A stretch of 60,339 bases of DNA, counting the filler. It is 5 parts of 5 records of this genome, joined end to end, with 100 filler letters (N's around TTAATTAATTAA, not from the genome) between each part and the next. Parts side by side here need not be neighbours in the genome. Positions count along the whole stretch, not along the records: positions 1 to 14,836 come from SRR31156797_28616; positions 14,937 to 21,548 come from SRR31156797_28627; 3 more parts are not named here. One strand, written 5' to 3'. Below, piece after piece: positions 9,629 to 18,822 of this stretch. The notes under the pieces are model-generated. The model did no database searches. It worked only from the letters and a program-made list of their open reading frames with translations, and was not told the DNA's origin. Position 1 is the stretch's first letter; each line of letters opens with the position of its first letter. The position numbers and the translations under genes are program-made.

Positions 9629-10594
9629 TTAAGCGGTTGCATTACCGATATCAAACTCAGGGATGTTATTGGCGCTGAACCAACCGGGACGATAATCCGT
9701 CCAGCAGAAGTTCCACTGACCTGACTCCATCTTTCTGGCAAGAAGCTGATAGTGAGCACCGTAAAGCGTATTGCCCGCTTCATCGACAGGTCGCTCAGGA
9801 ATAATGCGTGCGACAATCATTTTTACATGCTTACCGTCGTCCTCTTCTTCATAGCGGACTACTTCTGCAAAGTGTTGCCAGACCGATGCGAGATGACGGA
9901 AGTTTTTGAGTGTCCCAATCACCAGATCCCGACCAGAAAGGTTGCCCACTGGCGCGAAACCACCGGAGATGTCTTTACTGTAAGAGGCTTTTAGTAGGCC
10001 CATATCATTTTGATCGACCGAAAACGCGTAGCGGTAGTAAAGTTCCTCCAGAGCTTCTTGCAGGTTTTCTGGTGGTGGAACATCAGGCATGACTGCCCAA
10101 GGGGAATGTAATTCACTCACCAGTGCCGGAGCTTCAAACCCCATTTCCCAGCCGTGTTCTCCCGGTAGGTTCTGTAAGTGTGGGACCTGATTGGTATTCC
10201 CTTTCGACCAGTTAATGACTAACCGGATGGTATCAATACACCAACGCTCATTGACCTTCGATAACTGTACGACTTGTGTGCTACCAAAAAGAAACAGGTT
10301 TCTGTTGCTATTACCGAGTAAACCGAACGAGTAAAAACTCGCTACTGCATGCTCGCTGTCCGTCGCCATATATAAGTTGGTCAACTTGCCTTGCATCGGA
10401 CTATTGGCAGTATCTTGTTTTAATTTTGCAGTAATGCCGGTAAAGCCTTCTGCATTACCGTGATGACTACTAAAAAGCTGACTATCGCGACTGAAATCTT
10501 CGGGTTTCAAGTCACTATCGCCCGCCATCCAGAACGTTGTTAATCGTGCGATAAGTTGTTTGACTGCTGCACGAGCAGTTGGATGATTTATCAT
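9629..10594 (-). CDS. Tandem SnoaL/NTF2-like domain protein
   Basis: Second half LEELYYRYAFSVDQND...GRDLVIG...WQH is SnoaL_4-like, and the first half looks like a similar alpha+beta cone. 321 aa. Confidence 0.65.
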   Translation of the reverse strand: MINHPTARAAVKQLIARLTTFWMAGDSDLKPEDFSRDSQLFSSHHGNAEGFTGITAKLKQDTANSPMQGKLTNLYMATDSEHAVASFYSFGLLGNSNRNLFLFGSTQVVQLSKVNERWCIDTIRLVINWSKGNTNQVPHLQNLPGEHGWEMGFEAPALVSELHSPWAVMPDVPPPENLQEALEELYYRYAFSVDQNDMGLLKASYSKDISGGFAPVGNLSGRDLVIGTLKNFRHLASVWQHFAEVVRYEEEDDGKHVKMIVARIIPERPVDEAGNTLYGAHYQLLARKMESGQWNFCWTDYRPGWFSANNIPEFDIGNATA

Positions 10595-10699
10595 GGTTGC
10601 TCCATGTACAGTGTTTTTATTAGACGGCCCGCTATACCGTTAAAAAAATAGAGTGGACCCGAATTAAAAATGTAATTTGATATGTGAACGCTTGGGTTA

Positions 10700-11782
10700 T
10701 CAGCCTTGGTAATTAGGGAAGTCGGTATATCCGGCTTTACCACCACCGTAAAACGCTTCTCGGGTAAATTCTGCCAAAGGCCAGTCATTTTGGAGTCGTT
10801 CAACTAAGTCCGGGTTAGCGATAAATGGCGTGCCAAGTGCCGCGATATCAATAAGATTGTCGTTGAGTAGCGATTCCGCATTGTCTTTATTCAGCCCTCC
10901 AGCAGCAATCAATACACCTTTGTAAGCCCTGCGAATTTTGGGTAGAAGCCCTGATGATAGGGTTTCGTGTTCAAGGCTAAGATGAAGATAGGCACAGTTT
11001 CGCTCTTCCATTGCCTTAGCAACATACAAATACGTTTCTTCAGTGTCTGATTGTGCTGGCATTTCCTGACCACGATGGAAAGGTGATAAGCGAACGCCGG
11101 TTCTTTCTTCACCGATTTCATCAATAACTGCATCAAGTGTTTCCAGCAGAAAACGAGAACGGTTTTCTACAGATTCGCCGCCATAAGTATCCGTTCTGTT
11201 ATTTAGTGAACTGTTTAGAAATTGCTCGAATAAGTAACCATTCGCGGCATGAATTTCTACCCCATCAAAACCAGCAGCAATGGCATTTGTAGCAGCAGCG
11301 CGGAAATCATCGATGATTTCTTCAATTCCTTGCTGACTCAGAGCATCTGGTTTGCTGGCAGGTAATCGGTCCGGATTACCATTTTCATCATAACCAAAGA
11401 CGGTCCCGCCCTGAGCAGCCACTGAACTGACGGGGGATGCTCCTTCTGGCTGAATTGATATGTGAGAGACTCGACCTACGTGCCAAAGTTGAGCGAAAAT
11501 TCGACCGCCTTTGTTATGTACAGCGCGGGTAACTTTGTTCCAACCATTAATTTGTTCCTGGGAGTAAATTCCCGGAGTAAATAAGTAACCATTGCCCTGG
11601 TGTGATACAGGAGTGCCTTCAGAAATAAGCAATCCTGCACTCGCACGTTGCGCGTAGTATTCTGCGGTCATGTCGTCTGCGACACCATTTTGAGCACGAG
11701 ACCGAGTCATCGGAGCCATTGCAATTCGGTTAGACAGGGGAAGACCTGAAAGTGACACCGTGGAAAATAATTTGTTCATCAC
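10700..11782 (-). CDS. Old Yellow Enzyme / alkene reductase (NemA-like)
   Basis: NRIAMAPMTRSRA, QLWHVGR, GFDGVEIHAANGYL, FYGGGKAGYTDFP. Confidence 0.95.
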   Translation of the reverse strand: MMNKLFSTVSLSGLPLSNRIAMAPMTRSRAQNGVADDMTAEYYAQRASAGLLISEGTPVSHQGNGYLFTPGIYSQEQINGWNKVTRAVHNKGGRIFAQLWHVGRVSHISIQPEGASPVSSVAAQGGTVFGYDENGNPDRLPASKPDALSQQGIEEIIDDFRAAATNAIAAGFDGVEIHAANGYLFEQFLNSSLNNRTDTYGGESVENRSRFLLETLDAVIDEIGEERTGVRLSPFHRGQEMPAQSDTEETYLYVAKAMEERNCAYLHLSLEHETLSSGLLPKIRRAYKGVLIAAGGLNKDNAESLLNDNLIDIAALGTPFIANPDLVERLQNDWPLAEFTREAFYGGGKAGYTDFPNYQG

Positions 11783-11788
11783 AACCCC

Positions 11789-12784
11789 TTACAGCCAAGC
11801 ATCAGCAATGACTTGGTGAGAGTAGATGCGTGCTTCTGGATCATGGATCCAAGAGTTGACCATGATTTCATCGGCGCCCGTACGTGTGACCAAATCATCA
11901 AGACGTTGGCGAATCACTTCTTTAGAACCCCAGATAGATTCTCTTAACTGACTTTTAATTCTGGTCGCTTCCAGTGGGCTCCAGATTGCATTCATGTCAT
12001 CCACAGGTTTCGGCAAAAATTGTTCTACACCACGACCTAATGAAAGGAACTTTTGTAGCTCAGTTGTCGCCAGATATTCAGCCTGCTCTTGCGTATCAGC
12101 ACCAACGGCATTAATACAAACAATGACATACGGTTCCGGGAATTGTTCAGACGGCTGATAATTTTTTCGGTAATGGCTAATGGCTGCCTGCATTGCGTCT
12201 GGCGCAAAGTGCGCGGCAAATGCTAACGGCAGACCTTTGTGCGCTGCTAGTTGAGCGCTGAAAGTACTTGAACCTAAAAGCCATAGTGGAATGGGTGAAC
12301 CCGCTCCCGGTACGGCTTTGATGGAGCCTGCGGCACTTTCTTTTGAGAAGAAATACTGCAACTCTTCCAGCATTTCAGGGAAATCCAGGCCTCTGGTAGT
12401 GGTATCTCTTCTAAGCGCACGCGCTGTTTCCATATCGGTACCTGGGGCTCGGCCCAGTCCAAGATCGACGCGTCCCGGATAAAGAGCATCAAGTGTTGCA
12501 AACTGCTCAGCGACAATCAGTGGGGCATGGTTTGGTAGCATCACACCACCGGAACCAATACGTATAGAATTTGTTTTCGCACCAATATGGCTGAGGATAA
12601 TTGACGTTGCAGCACTAGCAATATCTTTCAGGTTATGGTGTTCGGCAACCCAATAACGTTTGAAACCTGCTTCTTCTGCGGCTTGCGCCAGGCGAGTACT
12701 GTTAGCAATCGCGTCGCTGACTGTAAACCCTTCTCCGATGGGCACCAAATCTAATACAGATAGGGGAACTTTTTTCTCTGACAT
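11789..12784 (-). CDS. Luciferase-like (LLM) flavin-dependent monooxygenase, YhbW-like
   Basis: LSVLDLVP, RYWVAEHH, RIGSGGVMLPNH, GRVDLGLGRAPG, LLGSS. Confidence 0.92.
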   Translation of the reverse strand: MSEKKVPLSVLDLVPIGEGFTVSDAIANSTRLAQAAEEAGFKRYWVAEHHNLKDIASAATSIILSHIGAKTNSIRIGSGGVMLPNHAPLIVAEQFATLDALYPGRVDLGLGRAPGTDMETARALRRDTTTRGLDFPEMLEELQYFFSKESAAGSIKAVPGAGSPIPLWLLGSSTFSAQLAAHKGLPLAFAAHFAPDAMQAAISHYRKNYQPSEQFPEPYVIVCINAVGADTQEQAEYLATTELQKFLSLGRGVEQFLPKPVDDMNAIWSPLEATRIKSQLRESIWGSKEVIRQRLDDLVTRTGADEIMVNSWIHDPEARIYSHQVIADAWL

Positions 12785-12871
12785 GTACTTTCTCCGAATT
12801 CGTTTTTATATTTTCGGCAAGCATTGTCTGTGTAAAATCCCGTTGGATAAACAAGCCCAGCGGACACTTTG

Positions 12872-12890
12872 TGTAGAAATAAATTCTACA
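12872..12890. promoter_or_regulatory. Dyad TGTAGAA-N5-TTCTACA, candidate regulator site
   Basis: Perfect 7-bp inverted repeat between the divergent LLM and SnoaL-like/LysR genes. Confidence 0.5.
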
Positions 12891-12942
12891 ATAAACGTGT
12901 TATTGTCCATGCGAAGTAATTAATGTGTAGAGAAAACCAAGT

Positions 12943-13662
12943 ATGAATGACGATAATTTCCCCCTCCATGACCAGTTGGCAATCAAAGAAGCCGTTTATC
13001 ATTGGTTTGCTTTTTTTGAGGGAGAAACTGTATCCACAGAGTTTCAACTCGCTCTGTTTGATGACGAGATTCAGTTGGTACATGCGGGTCAGCATCTGTT
13101 AGCTAAAGGGAAAGAAGAAATGCAGCAGTGGTTAGATTCGGTTCCACCTGAATTCAGTTCTCACTTTGTGGAAGAGATGACATTAGAAAGCGTAAAAACG
13201 GGTATTTATCAGGTTTCATGGCAAACGCCATACCAATCTATTAGAGAAAATGGCGCTGTCGGTGGGGCAATCATCCGCTATCAAGCTCTGGTTCGAATTT
13301 CACAAACAGGCGCTGCTAAATTTATGGCTATTCAAAAAACACCGTTTAAAAACAACCCAGAGACTGTTTTTCGTCAGAGCTTTAGTGAACATCGTGCGAA
13401 CGCGTTACGTTGCCGTTTACAGAGATGGTTGGATTCTGATGAAACGGATTTTCCAAAGTCCATTAACACCTCAAGTGAAGTCTCGGAATTATTATTCAAA
13501 GTGAAACGCTTCTCAGGAGATAAGAGGATAAGTCTGCAAAATGTTGACGACGGAAATATACCTGCGTTATGTGTTACGACCAATACAGAAAGTTTTCATC
13601 TTGCTCTACAACAGCAACCGGGATGGTATCCGACTATAACTACTATACTTGCTGTTAAATAA
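12943..13662 (+). CDS. Hypothetical protein, probable N-terminal NTF2/SnoaL-like domain
   Basis: DQLAIKEAVYHWFAFFE...LFDDEIQL...GKEEMQQW...SSH pattern. 239 aa. Confidence 0.65.
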   Translation: MNDDNFPLHDQLAIKEAVYHWFAFFEGETVSTEFQLALFDDEIQLVHAGQHLLAKGKEEMQQWLDSVPPEFSSHFVEEMTLESVKTGIYQVSWQTPYQSIRENGAVGGAIIRYQALVRISQTGAAKFMAIQKTPFKNNPETVFRQSFSEHRANALRCRLQRWLDSDETDFPKSINTSSEVSELLFKVKRFSGDKRISLQNVDDGNIPALCVTTNTESFHLALQQQPGWYPTITTILAVK

Positions 13663-13666
13663 AGGA

Positions 13667-14584
13667 ATGAATGTGCAAAAATCAGATAGCTTTGGGGGAA
13701 TAACGGCTTTTGTTGCAACGGCTAAAACGGGTAGTTTTACCGCCGCTGGTGAACGTTTGGGGTTAACTAAATCTGCGGTTGGTAAATCTGTTGCGCGATT
13801 AGAAGAGCGGCTTGGAATTACTTTGTTTAATAGAACGACCCGTAGCTTGAGCTTAACGGCGGATGGCGAACGCTACTTATCCAGTTGTCAGAATGCACTA
13901 CAAATTCTTGAACAAGCAGAGCAGGAACTCACATCGCACATCATGCGTCCTGCTGGTCGATTAAGAGTAGATCTGCCTGCAGCTTTTGGACGAAAACGTC
14001 TGCTACCAATTTTACTCGACATAGCTAACAAGTATCCGGAACTCAAGCTTACGCTTTCCTTTGATGAACGGTATGTGGACATTGTCGAGCAAGGTATCGA
14101 TCTGGTCGTGCGTATTGGTGAACTGGAAGACAGCAGCACACTCGTCGCCCGTCGTCTGACGACGCAAAAACTGGTGGTGTGTGCATCGCCTCATTATCTA
14201 AATTTTCATGGAACACCTCAAACACCGGATGACCTGGCTCATCATAGAACCGTTGTCGGCTTTCGTCGCAATCAACCATTCTCTTGGTTGTTGAAAAATA
14301 ATCAAGGAGTATTGAGCCGTTTTATTCCTGCCGTGACCCATGAATTTGCAGATGGTGATGCCATGTTAAGTGCTGTATTAAATGGCGCAGGTTTATCTCA
14401 ACTACCACGATGGTTGGTTGGACAATATATTGATAGCGGTGAATTGGTTACTGTGCTGGATAGCTATGGCGGAGGTGAAATTCCAATTAACGTTGTTTGG
14501 CCTAAAAGCGGTCAGTTATTACCTAAGATTCGTTTTGTCGTTGATGAGTTGGTACAAAAAGCACAACAAGGTTGGTTGGATTAA
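13667..14584 (+). CDS. LysR-type regulator (CrgA/DmlR-like)
   Basis: GSFTAAGERLGLTKSAVGKSVARLEERLG...PAGRLRVDLP...GIDLVVRIG. ATG at 13667 follows AAAGGA. Confidence 0.95.
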   Translation: MNVQKSDSFGGITAFVATAKTGSFTAAGERLGLTKSAVGKSVARLEERLGITLFNRTTRSLSLTADGERYLSSCQNALQILEQAEQELTSHIMRPAGRLRVDLPAAFGRKRLLPILLDIANKYPELKLTLSFDERYVDIVEQGIDLVVRIGELEDSSTLVARRLTTQKLVVCASPHYLNFHGTPQTPDDLAHHRTVVGFRRNQPFSWLLKNNQGVLSRFIPAVTHEFADGDAMLSAVLNGAGLSQLPRWLVGQYIDSGELVTVLDSYGGGEIPINVVWPKSGQLLPKIRFVVDELVQKAQQGWLD

Positions 14585-14713
14585 GAATTTGTTATGATTT
14601 GCACTATTAATATTGGACTAACCATTAAGCTATTTTGCCATATTTAAAGTAACCCGATTCACAATAAATTAACAAAGTTGCAAAAAACAATTTTGTCCAA
14701 AACTGAACTAAGA

Positions 14714-14743
14714 GTGAGACGCATACTGTGTAATACGTCTCAC
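14714..14743. repeat. Inverted repeat GTGAGACG-N14-CGTCTCAC near the right end of the island
   Basis: 8-bp perfect arms, about 30 bp before the DUF3820-like fragment. Confidence 0.5.
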
Positions 14744-14770
14744 ATCCGGAAGGTAGCTGTATTGTTTTTG

Positions 14771-14836
14771 GTTGATAAAAAAGCTTGGCTTAAAGGCGAA
14801 TTAGGAGAACTCCTTCAGCTCTGCTTAGCATTAAAA
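14771..14836 (+). pseudogene. Second, partly diverged internal fragment of the DUF3820-like gene containing the right 22-bp repeat (14815-14836)
   Basis: Reads VDKKAWLKGELGELLQLCLALK. The upstream sequence lacks the family's MPFGKY N-terminus. Confidence 0.65.
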
Positions 14837-14936
14837 NNNNNNNNNNNNNNNNNNNNNNNNNNNNNNNNNNNNNNNNNNNNTTAATTAATTAANNNNNNNN
14901 NNNNNNNNNNNNNNNNNNNNNNNNNNNNNNNNNNNN
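14837..14936. other. Artificial contig spacer
   Basis: N44-TTAATTAATTAA-N44, with a composition change across it. Confidence 0.98.
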
Positions 14937-14956
14937 ATATGGCCGACCGAAGGTCT

Positions 14957-15003
14957 AATGAAGCGGGTTTGCTACCCCGCAGCTTGCTGCTGGGAGCTTC
15001 ATT
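14957..15003. repeat. REP/MITE-like hairpin (AATGAAGC...CCCCGCAGCTTGCTGCTGGG...GCTTCATT)
   Basis: Nested inverted repeats at the contig start. Confidence 0.5.
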
Positions 15004-15070
15004 CTCGAAAAACTATTCCCTCATCAGGGTTTTCCTATTACCATATCGCATCGTTTAGAGGGGCGGAACC

Positions 15071-17269
15071 ATGAATAAAAAAAGATGGAAAAGCGTGATC
15101 GCCGTCCTCGGTGCGGCCTGTCTGATTATAAGTTTGTCCGCGCCGTCCGCCGCAACAAAGCATCGGCCCGGTCGGAGCAGGCTCAAGGTCGGCCTGGTCT
15201 TGTCCGGGGGCGGCTCCAAGGGATTGGCCCACATTGGCGTCCTGCGGGTCCTGGAAGATATCGGCGTGCCCGTGGATATGATTGCCGGCACTTCAATGGG
15301 CTCCATTGTCGGAGGCCTGTATTCGGCGGGATACTCCCCGGACCAGATGGAAAAGATTATCAAAGAGGTCGACTGGATGGACGCCTTTTCGTCCGAACCA
15401 TCACGGCGGCTCCTGCGGTATGACAACAAAGACGATTATGCGCGCCACCTCTTCGAGATCGGGATGAAAGACGGGGCTTTGGCCCTGCCGGCCGGGGTTT
15501 TGACCGACTACAAACTCATGGCCCTTTTGACTTCGTTATCCCTGCCTGTTTCTCACATCAAAAATTTCGACGAACTGCCGATCCCTTTCCGGACCGTGGC
15601 CACGGACATCGTAAACGGCGATAAGGTCGTTATATCCGAGGGCCGGCTGGATCAGGCCATGCGGGCCTCCATGTCCATTCCCGGCGCCTTTCCCCCGTAC
15701 GAACTGAATGGACGCAGGCTTGTGGACGGCGGCGTGGTCGAAAACCTTCCGGTCCAGACCATTCTGGACATGGGCGCCGACGTGGTCATCGCGGTCAACG
15801 TGTCATCCCCGCTCCGGAACAGGGATCAATTGAACAATTTCCTGGCTCTTCTGGATCAGACCATGAGCATACAGATGGTCAAATCCACTGAGCGCCAAAT
15901 CACGTTGGCCGATCTGGTCATCACTCCGAAAGTCCAGAGATACGGGATGTTCGATTTCGACCGCGCCGACGAGTTGATCGACATCGGGGTGGAGGCGGCC
16001 AGGCAGGCGGAACCTGGAATAAGGGCTCTTCTGAAGGAAAGAGGGATTGGACTGGTCAAAACGTCCGAGAGGCGGGCGGTTCTGGTGACGGAATTCGTTC
16101 TGGATAAGGTTACTTTGGTCGGCCCGGAAATCTACCAATCGGAAATCGACCGTTTAGCCAGGTACAAGCCGGGCCGGACAATTACCATAAAGGAACTGAA
16201 TGGACTCGTCCAGAAGATATACGGCCTGGGAACTCTGGAAAGTGTGAGCTATGAAGTCGCGCCCCGGGAAAATGGACGGTCGGAACTCCGCCTCATCCTC
16301 AAACAGAAGCCGTCCAATTGGCGCGGCCGGGTGGGCCTGGATCTCGGCTTTGACACATTTAGGTCCCACAAATCCCAATTAACGATAAGCCTTGAGAAAC
16401 CGAACCTGTTTTCAGCCGGGTCGTATGCTAAAATGGGGCTGACTTTTGGGCGGAATATGGGCCTGACCGGTGAGCTTTTTATTCCGGACCGGCCATTCAC
16501 AGGATTTTTTTTCAGACCCCATTTCTACATATCCTCCAACCGTTACAATTACTATGTGGAAAATGATCTCAAGGCGGAATATCTAATCAGCTCCGTCGGC
16601 GGCGACCTGAATCTGGGTTATTATTTAGGGGCGGTCGGCAAGCTGTCGTTAGGTTATTTTATCGAAAATGTTTCAACCGAACCTCGTATTGCGACCATAC
16701 GTCTGCCGGAAAGCAGCGACCTGTTGGCCGGAATTCAAATCAGCGTCGGCCTGGACACTCTGGACCGGCGCCCCTTTCCCCAGAGCGGTTTCGACTCCGA
16801 ACTGATTTATACTGAAGCCCGCCGGGAACTTGGTTCGGAAGTGGACTACAACCGCCTGGCCTGGTCTGGTGAGTTGGCTATTCCCCTGATGGATAGACTG
16901 GTGATGGACGCCAACTGGGATTTCGTCAGTTCTTTCAATACCGATCCCCCTGCGGGGAAATCCCTGTTCCTGGGTGGTTACCCGGGCATGCTGGGGTATG
17001 CCACAGATGAGTTTTTCGGCATGGAATTGGCCCGGATACAGTTACTGTACCGCTACCGCCTCACCAAGTCGCTTAGCTTGATGGCGGCCGGTAATGGCGG
17101 GGCGGTCTGGGACAATCTGGAACAGGTCCGGTCCGGAGAAACAAGGGTGTATTGGGGAGGCGGGGGCGGCTTGGCCTGGACCACCCCTATCGGCCCCGTG
17201 GAAGCGGTCCTGGGCGTTGGTGACGAGGGCCGGGTGGCTTTTTACATTAATTTTGGGCACTCCTTTTAA
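15071..17269 (+). CDS. Patatin-like phospholipase with POTRA and Omp85-type beta-barrel (PlpD / type Vd architecture)
   Basis: Signal peptide, GGGSKG oxyanion, GTSMG nucleophile, DGG, POTRA-like segment (IYGLGTLESVSY), barrel ending TPIGPV...GHSF with terminal Phe. Confidence 0.9.
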   Translation: MNKKRWKSVIAVLGAACLIISLSAPSAATKHRPGRSRLKVGLVLSGGGSKGLAHIGVLRVLEDIGVPVDMIAGTSMGSIVGGLYSAGYSPDQMEKIIKEVDWMDAFSSEPSRRLLRYDNKDDYARHLFEIGMKDGALALPAGVLTDYKLMALLTSLSLPVSHIKNFDELPIPFRTVATDIVNGDKVVISEGRLDQAMRASMSIPGAFPPYELNGRRLVDGGVVENLPVQTILDMGADVVIAVNVSSPLRNRDQLNNFLALLDQTMSIQMVKSTERQITLADLVITPKVQRYGMFDFDRADELIDIGVEAARQAEPGIRALLKERGIGLVKTSERRAVLVTEFVLDKVTLVGPEIYQSEIDRLARYKPGRTITIKELNGLVQKIYGLGTLESVSYEVAPRENGRSELRLILKQKPSNWRGRVGLDLGFDTFRSHKSQLTISLEKPNLFSAGSYAKMGLTFGRNMGLTGELFIPDRPFTGFFFRPHFYISSNRYNYYVENDLKAEYLISSVGGDLNLGYYLGAVGKLSLGYFIENVSTEPRIATIRLPESSDLLAGIQISVGLDTLDRRPFPQSGFDSELIYTEARRELGSEVDYNRLAWSGELAIPLMDRLVMDANWDFVSSFNTDPPAGKSLFLGGYPGMLGYATDEFFGMELARIQLLYRYRLTKSLSLMAAGNGGAVWDNLEQVRSGETRVYWGGGGGLAWTTPIGPVEAVLGVGDEGRVAFYINFGHSF

Positions 17270-17291
17270 CCCGAATAATTCATAAGTTAAA

Positions 17292-17336
17292 TCACCGGCT
17301 CTGCCGGTGAGAATTTATAAGGCTCTGCCGGTGGTT
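17292..17336. repeat. REP-like hairpin TCACCGGCTCTGCCGGTGA plus a partial second copy GGCTCTGCCGGTGG
   Basis: Palindrome and 13-bp direct repeat between convergent genes. Confidence 0.6.
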
Positions 17337-17391
17337 ACTGATTGATTGACATATCTGGTAAGGCGGGGGGAGTTTTGCGGGGTGCATATTC

Positions 17392-18435
17392 TCATGCGGA
17401 TTCGCGGGGCACTATGTGGTAGCCCATATCAAATGACCGGGCTTCGATATCACGTTTTTGCTTCCTGGCGATAATCAGGTCGGCGGCTTTGCGTCCGATT
17501 TCATAATGGGGAACGGCCACGGTGGTCAGGCCCGGATATATGGATTCGGCCAATGGCAGATTGTGAAAGCCGGCCACGGCCAGGTCTTCGGGAATGTTTA
17601 TGCCCTTGCGCCGACATTCAAACATCAAACCCGCGGCCAGAATATCGCTGGCGCAAAAAACCGCATCGGGCGGCGGGTCCATTTGCCGGAGCTGCTTCAA
17701 TGCCGTGGAACCGGTGTCCAGGGCAGTGACCCGGTCCAGGGCGATGACCTCGCCGCTAGACAAACCGGCTTCTTGCAAAGCGCTTTTATAGCCTTCCATG
17801 CGCTGCCGGGCGCGCACATCCACATCCAGCCTGGCGCCTATAAAGGCAATGTTTCTATAGCCGCGCATGATCAACCAGTTGGCAATGTCATGTCCTGCCT
17901 GGAAATTTGAAATCCCAACGCAAAAGTCGATGGGCTGTTCGGGAAGATCCATGATCTCGATCACGGGAACACCGACTGAGGATAATATATCGTTTGTTCT
18001 GTCACTGTGATGTTGACCGGTGATGATTATGGCCCGGGGGGACCATTCAAGAAAAGCGGACACCAGCCGTTCTTCTTCTTCAAAGGAATAGTTGGAGCTG
18101 CCGATAAAAATTTGAAGATTGGCCTTTAGCAAAGCTTCCTGGGCGCCCATGATCACATCAGCAAAAACCGCGTTTCTCAGGGCCGGAACTATAATCGGCA
18201 CGATCGGGGCGCTGGCCGAAGAAAGCCCGCCGGCCATGCGGTTTGGAATGTAGTTGAGCTCTTTTACGGCCAGCTGAATTTTTTCCCGGACTTCCTCGGA
18301 AACCCTGGCCGAACCGGAAAGCATCCTGGAAACCGTGATCGGGGCCACCCCGGCCAGTTCGGCCACGTCTTTCATGGTAACCGCGCCCTTTTTCTTGCCC
18401 GCCTTTCGGCCTCTGTTGTTTTGCCTGCCGTTCAT
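17392..18435 (-). CDS. LacI-family repressor, GntR/IdnR-like
   Basis: VTMKDVAELAGVAPITVSRML HTH, YIPNRMAGGL hinge, AVFCASDILAAG. Confidence 0.92.
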   Translation of the reverse strand: MNGRQNNRGRKAGKKKGAVTMKDVAELAGVAPITVSRMLSGSARVSEEVREKIQLAVKELNYIPNRMAGGLSSASAPIVPIIVPALRNAVFADVIMGAQEALLKANLQIFIGSSNYSFEEEERLVSAFLEWSPRAIIITGQHHSDRTNDILSSVGVPVIEIMDLPEQPIDFCVGISNFQAGHDIANWLIMRGYRNIAFIGARLDVDVRARQRMEGYKSALQEAGLSSGEVIALDRVTALDTGSTALKQLRQMDPPPDAVFCASDILAAGLMFECRRKGINIPEDLAVAGFHNLPLAESIYPGLTTVAVPHYEIGRKAADLIIARKQKRDIEARSFDMGYHIVPRESA

Positions 18436-18650
18436 ACACGTCCTGTTTTCACATTATCACGAGTACCTGAGCTACATCTACGGTGTAGCTTACATATTGA
18501 ATTAACAAAGCTTTTGTGATGTCTCCAACCGCCGGACCAAGCTTTGTTCCTTGGGAGAAGCGTAGTTTATTATAAATTATCCGTGGATTGTCAACCAGAC
18601 ATTTATTTTCCTTTTGATTTCAGGGTGTCATGAAAATTTTCAAAAAGTGC

Positions 18651-18702
18651 TTGACAGTCCATCATGGTATCGATACCATAGCTGCATGGTATCGATACCA
18701 TG
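18651..18702 (+). promoter_or_regulatory. Sigma70 promoter (TTGACA 18651-18656; TACCAT 18674-18679) overlapped by two perfect operators ATGGTATCGATACCAT (18664-18679, 18686-18701)
   Basis: Consensus -35 with a 17-bp spacer. Two identical 16-bp palindromes 22 bp apart, similar to the GntR operator ATGTTA-N4-TAACAT. Confidence 0.85.
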
Positions 18703-18822
18703 AGGCGCCCGAAAAGGACGTCGAATTCTATTGATGAAGATAAATAGTCCGGCCCATCGGCCGGGCAAAGCTGTATGGATCACGACCGGCAAAAATGAAT
18801 TGCACGGCCGTTCGAGGTGAAA

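Noticed and set aside
14678..14884. 68-aa ORF running into the gap
   Set aside because: Only the last ~22 codons resemble DUF3820. The upstream part has a TTG start, no RBS and looks non-coding, so it is treated as a gene fragment.
18664..18702. Tandem 16-bp palindromes as a mini-CRISPR
   Set aside because: Only two copies, 6 bp apart, over a promoter next to a LacI gene. They are operators. No CRISPR array or cas gene was seen anywhere in the window.
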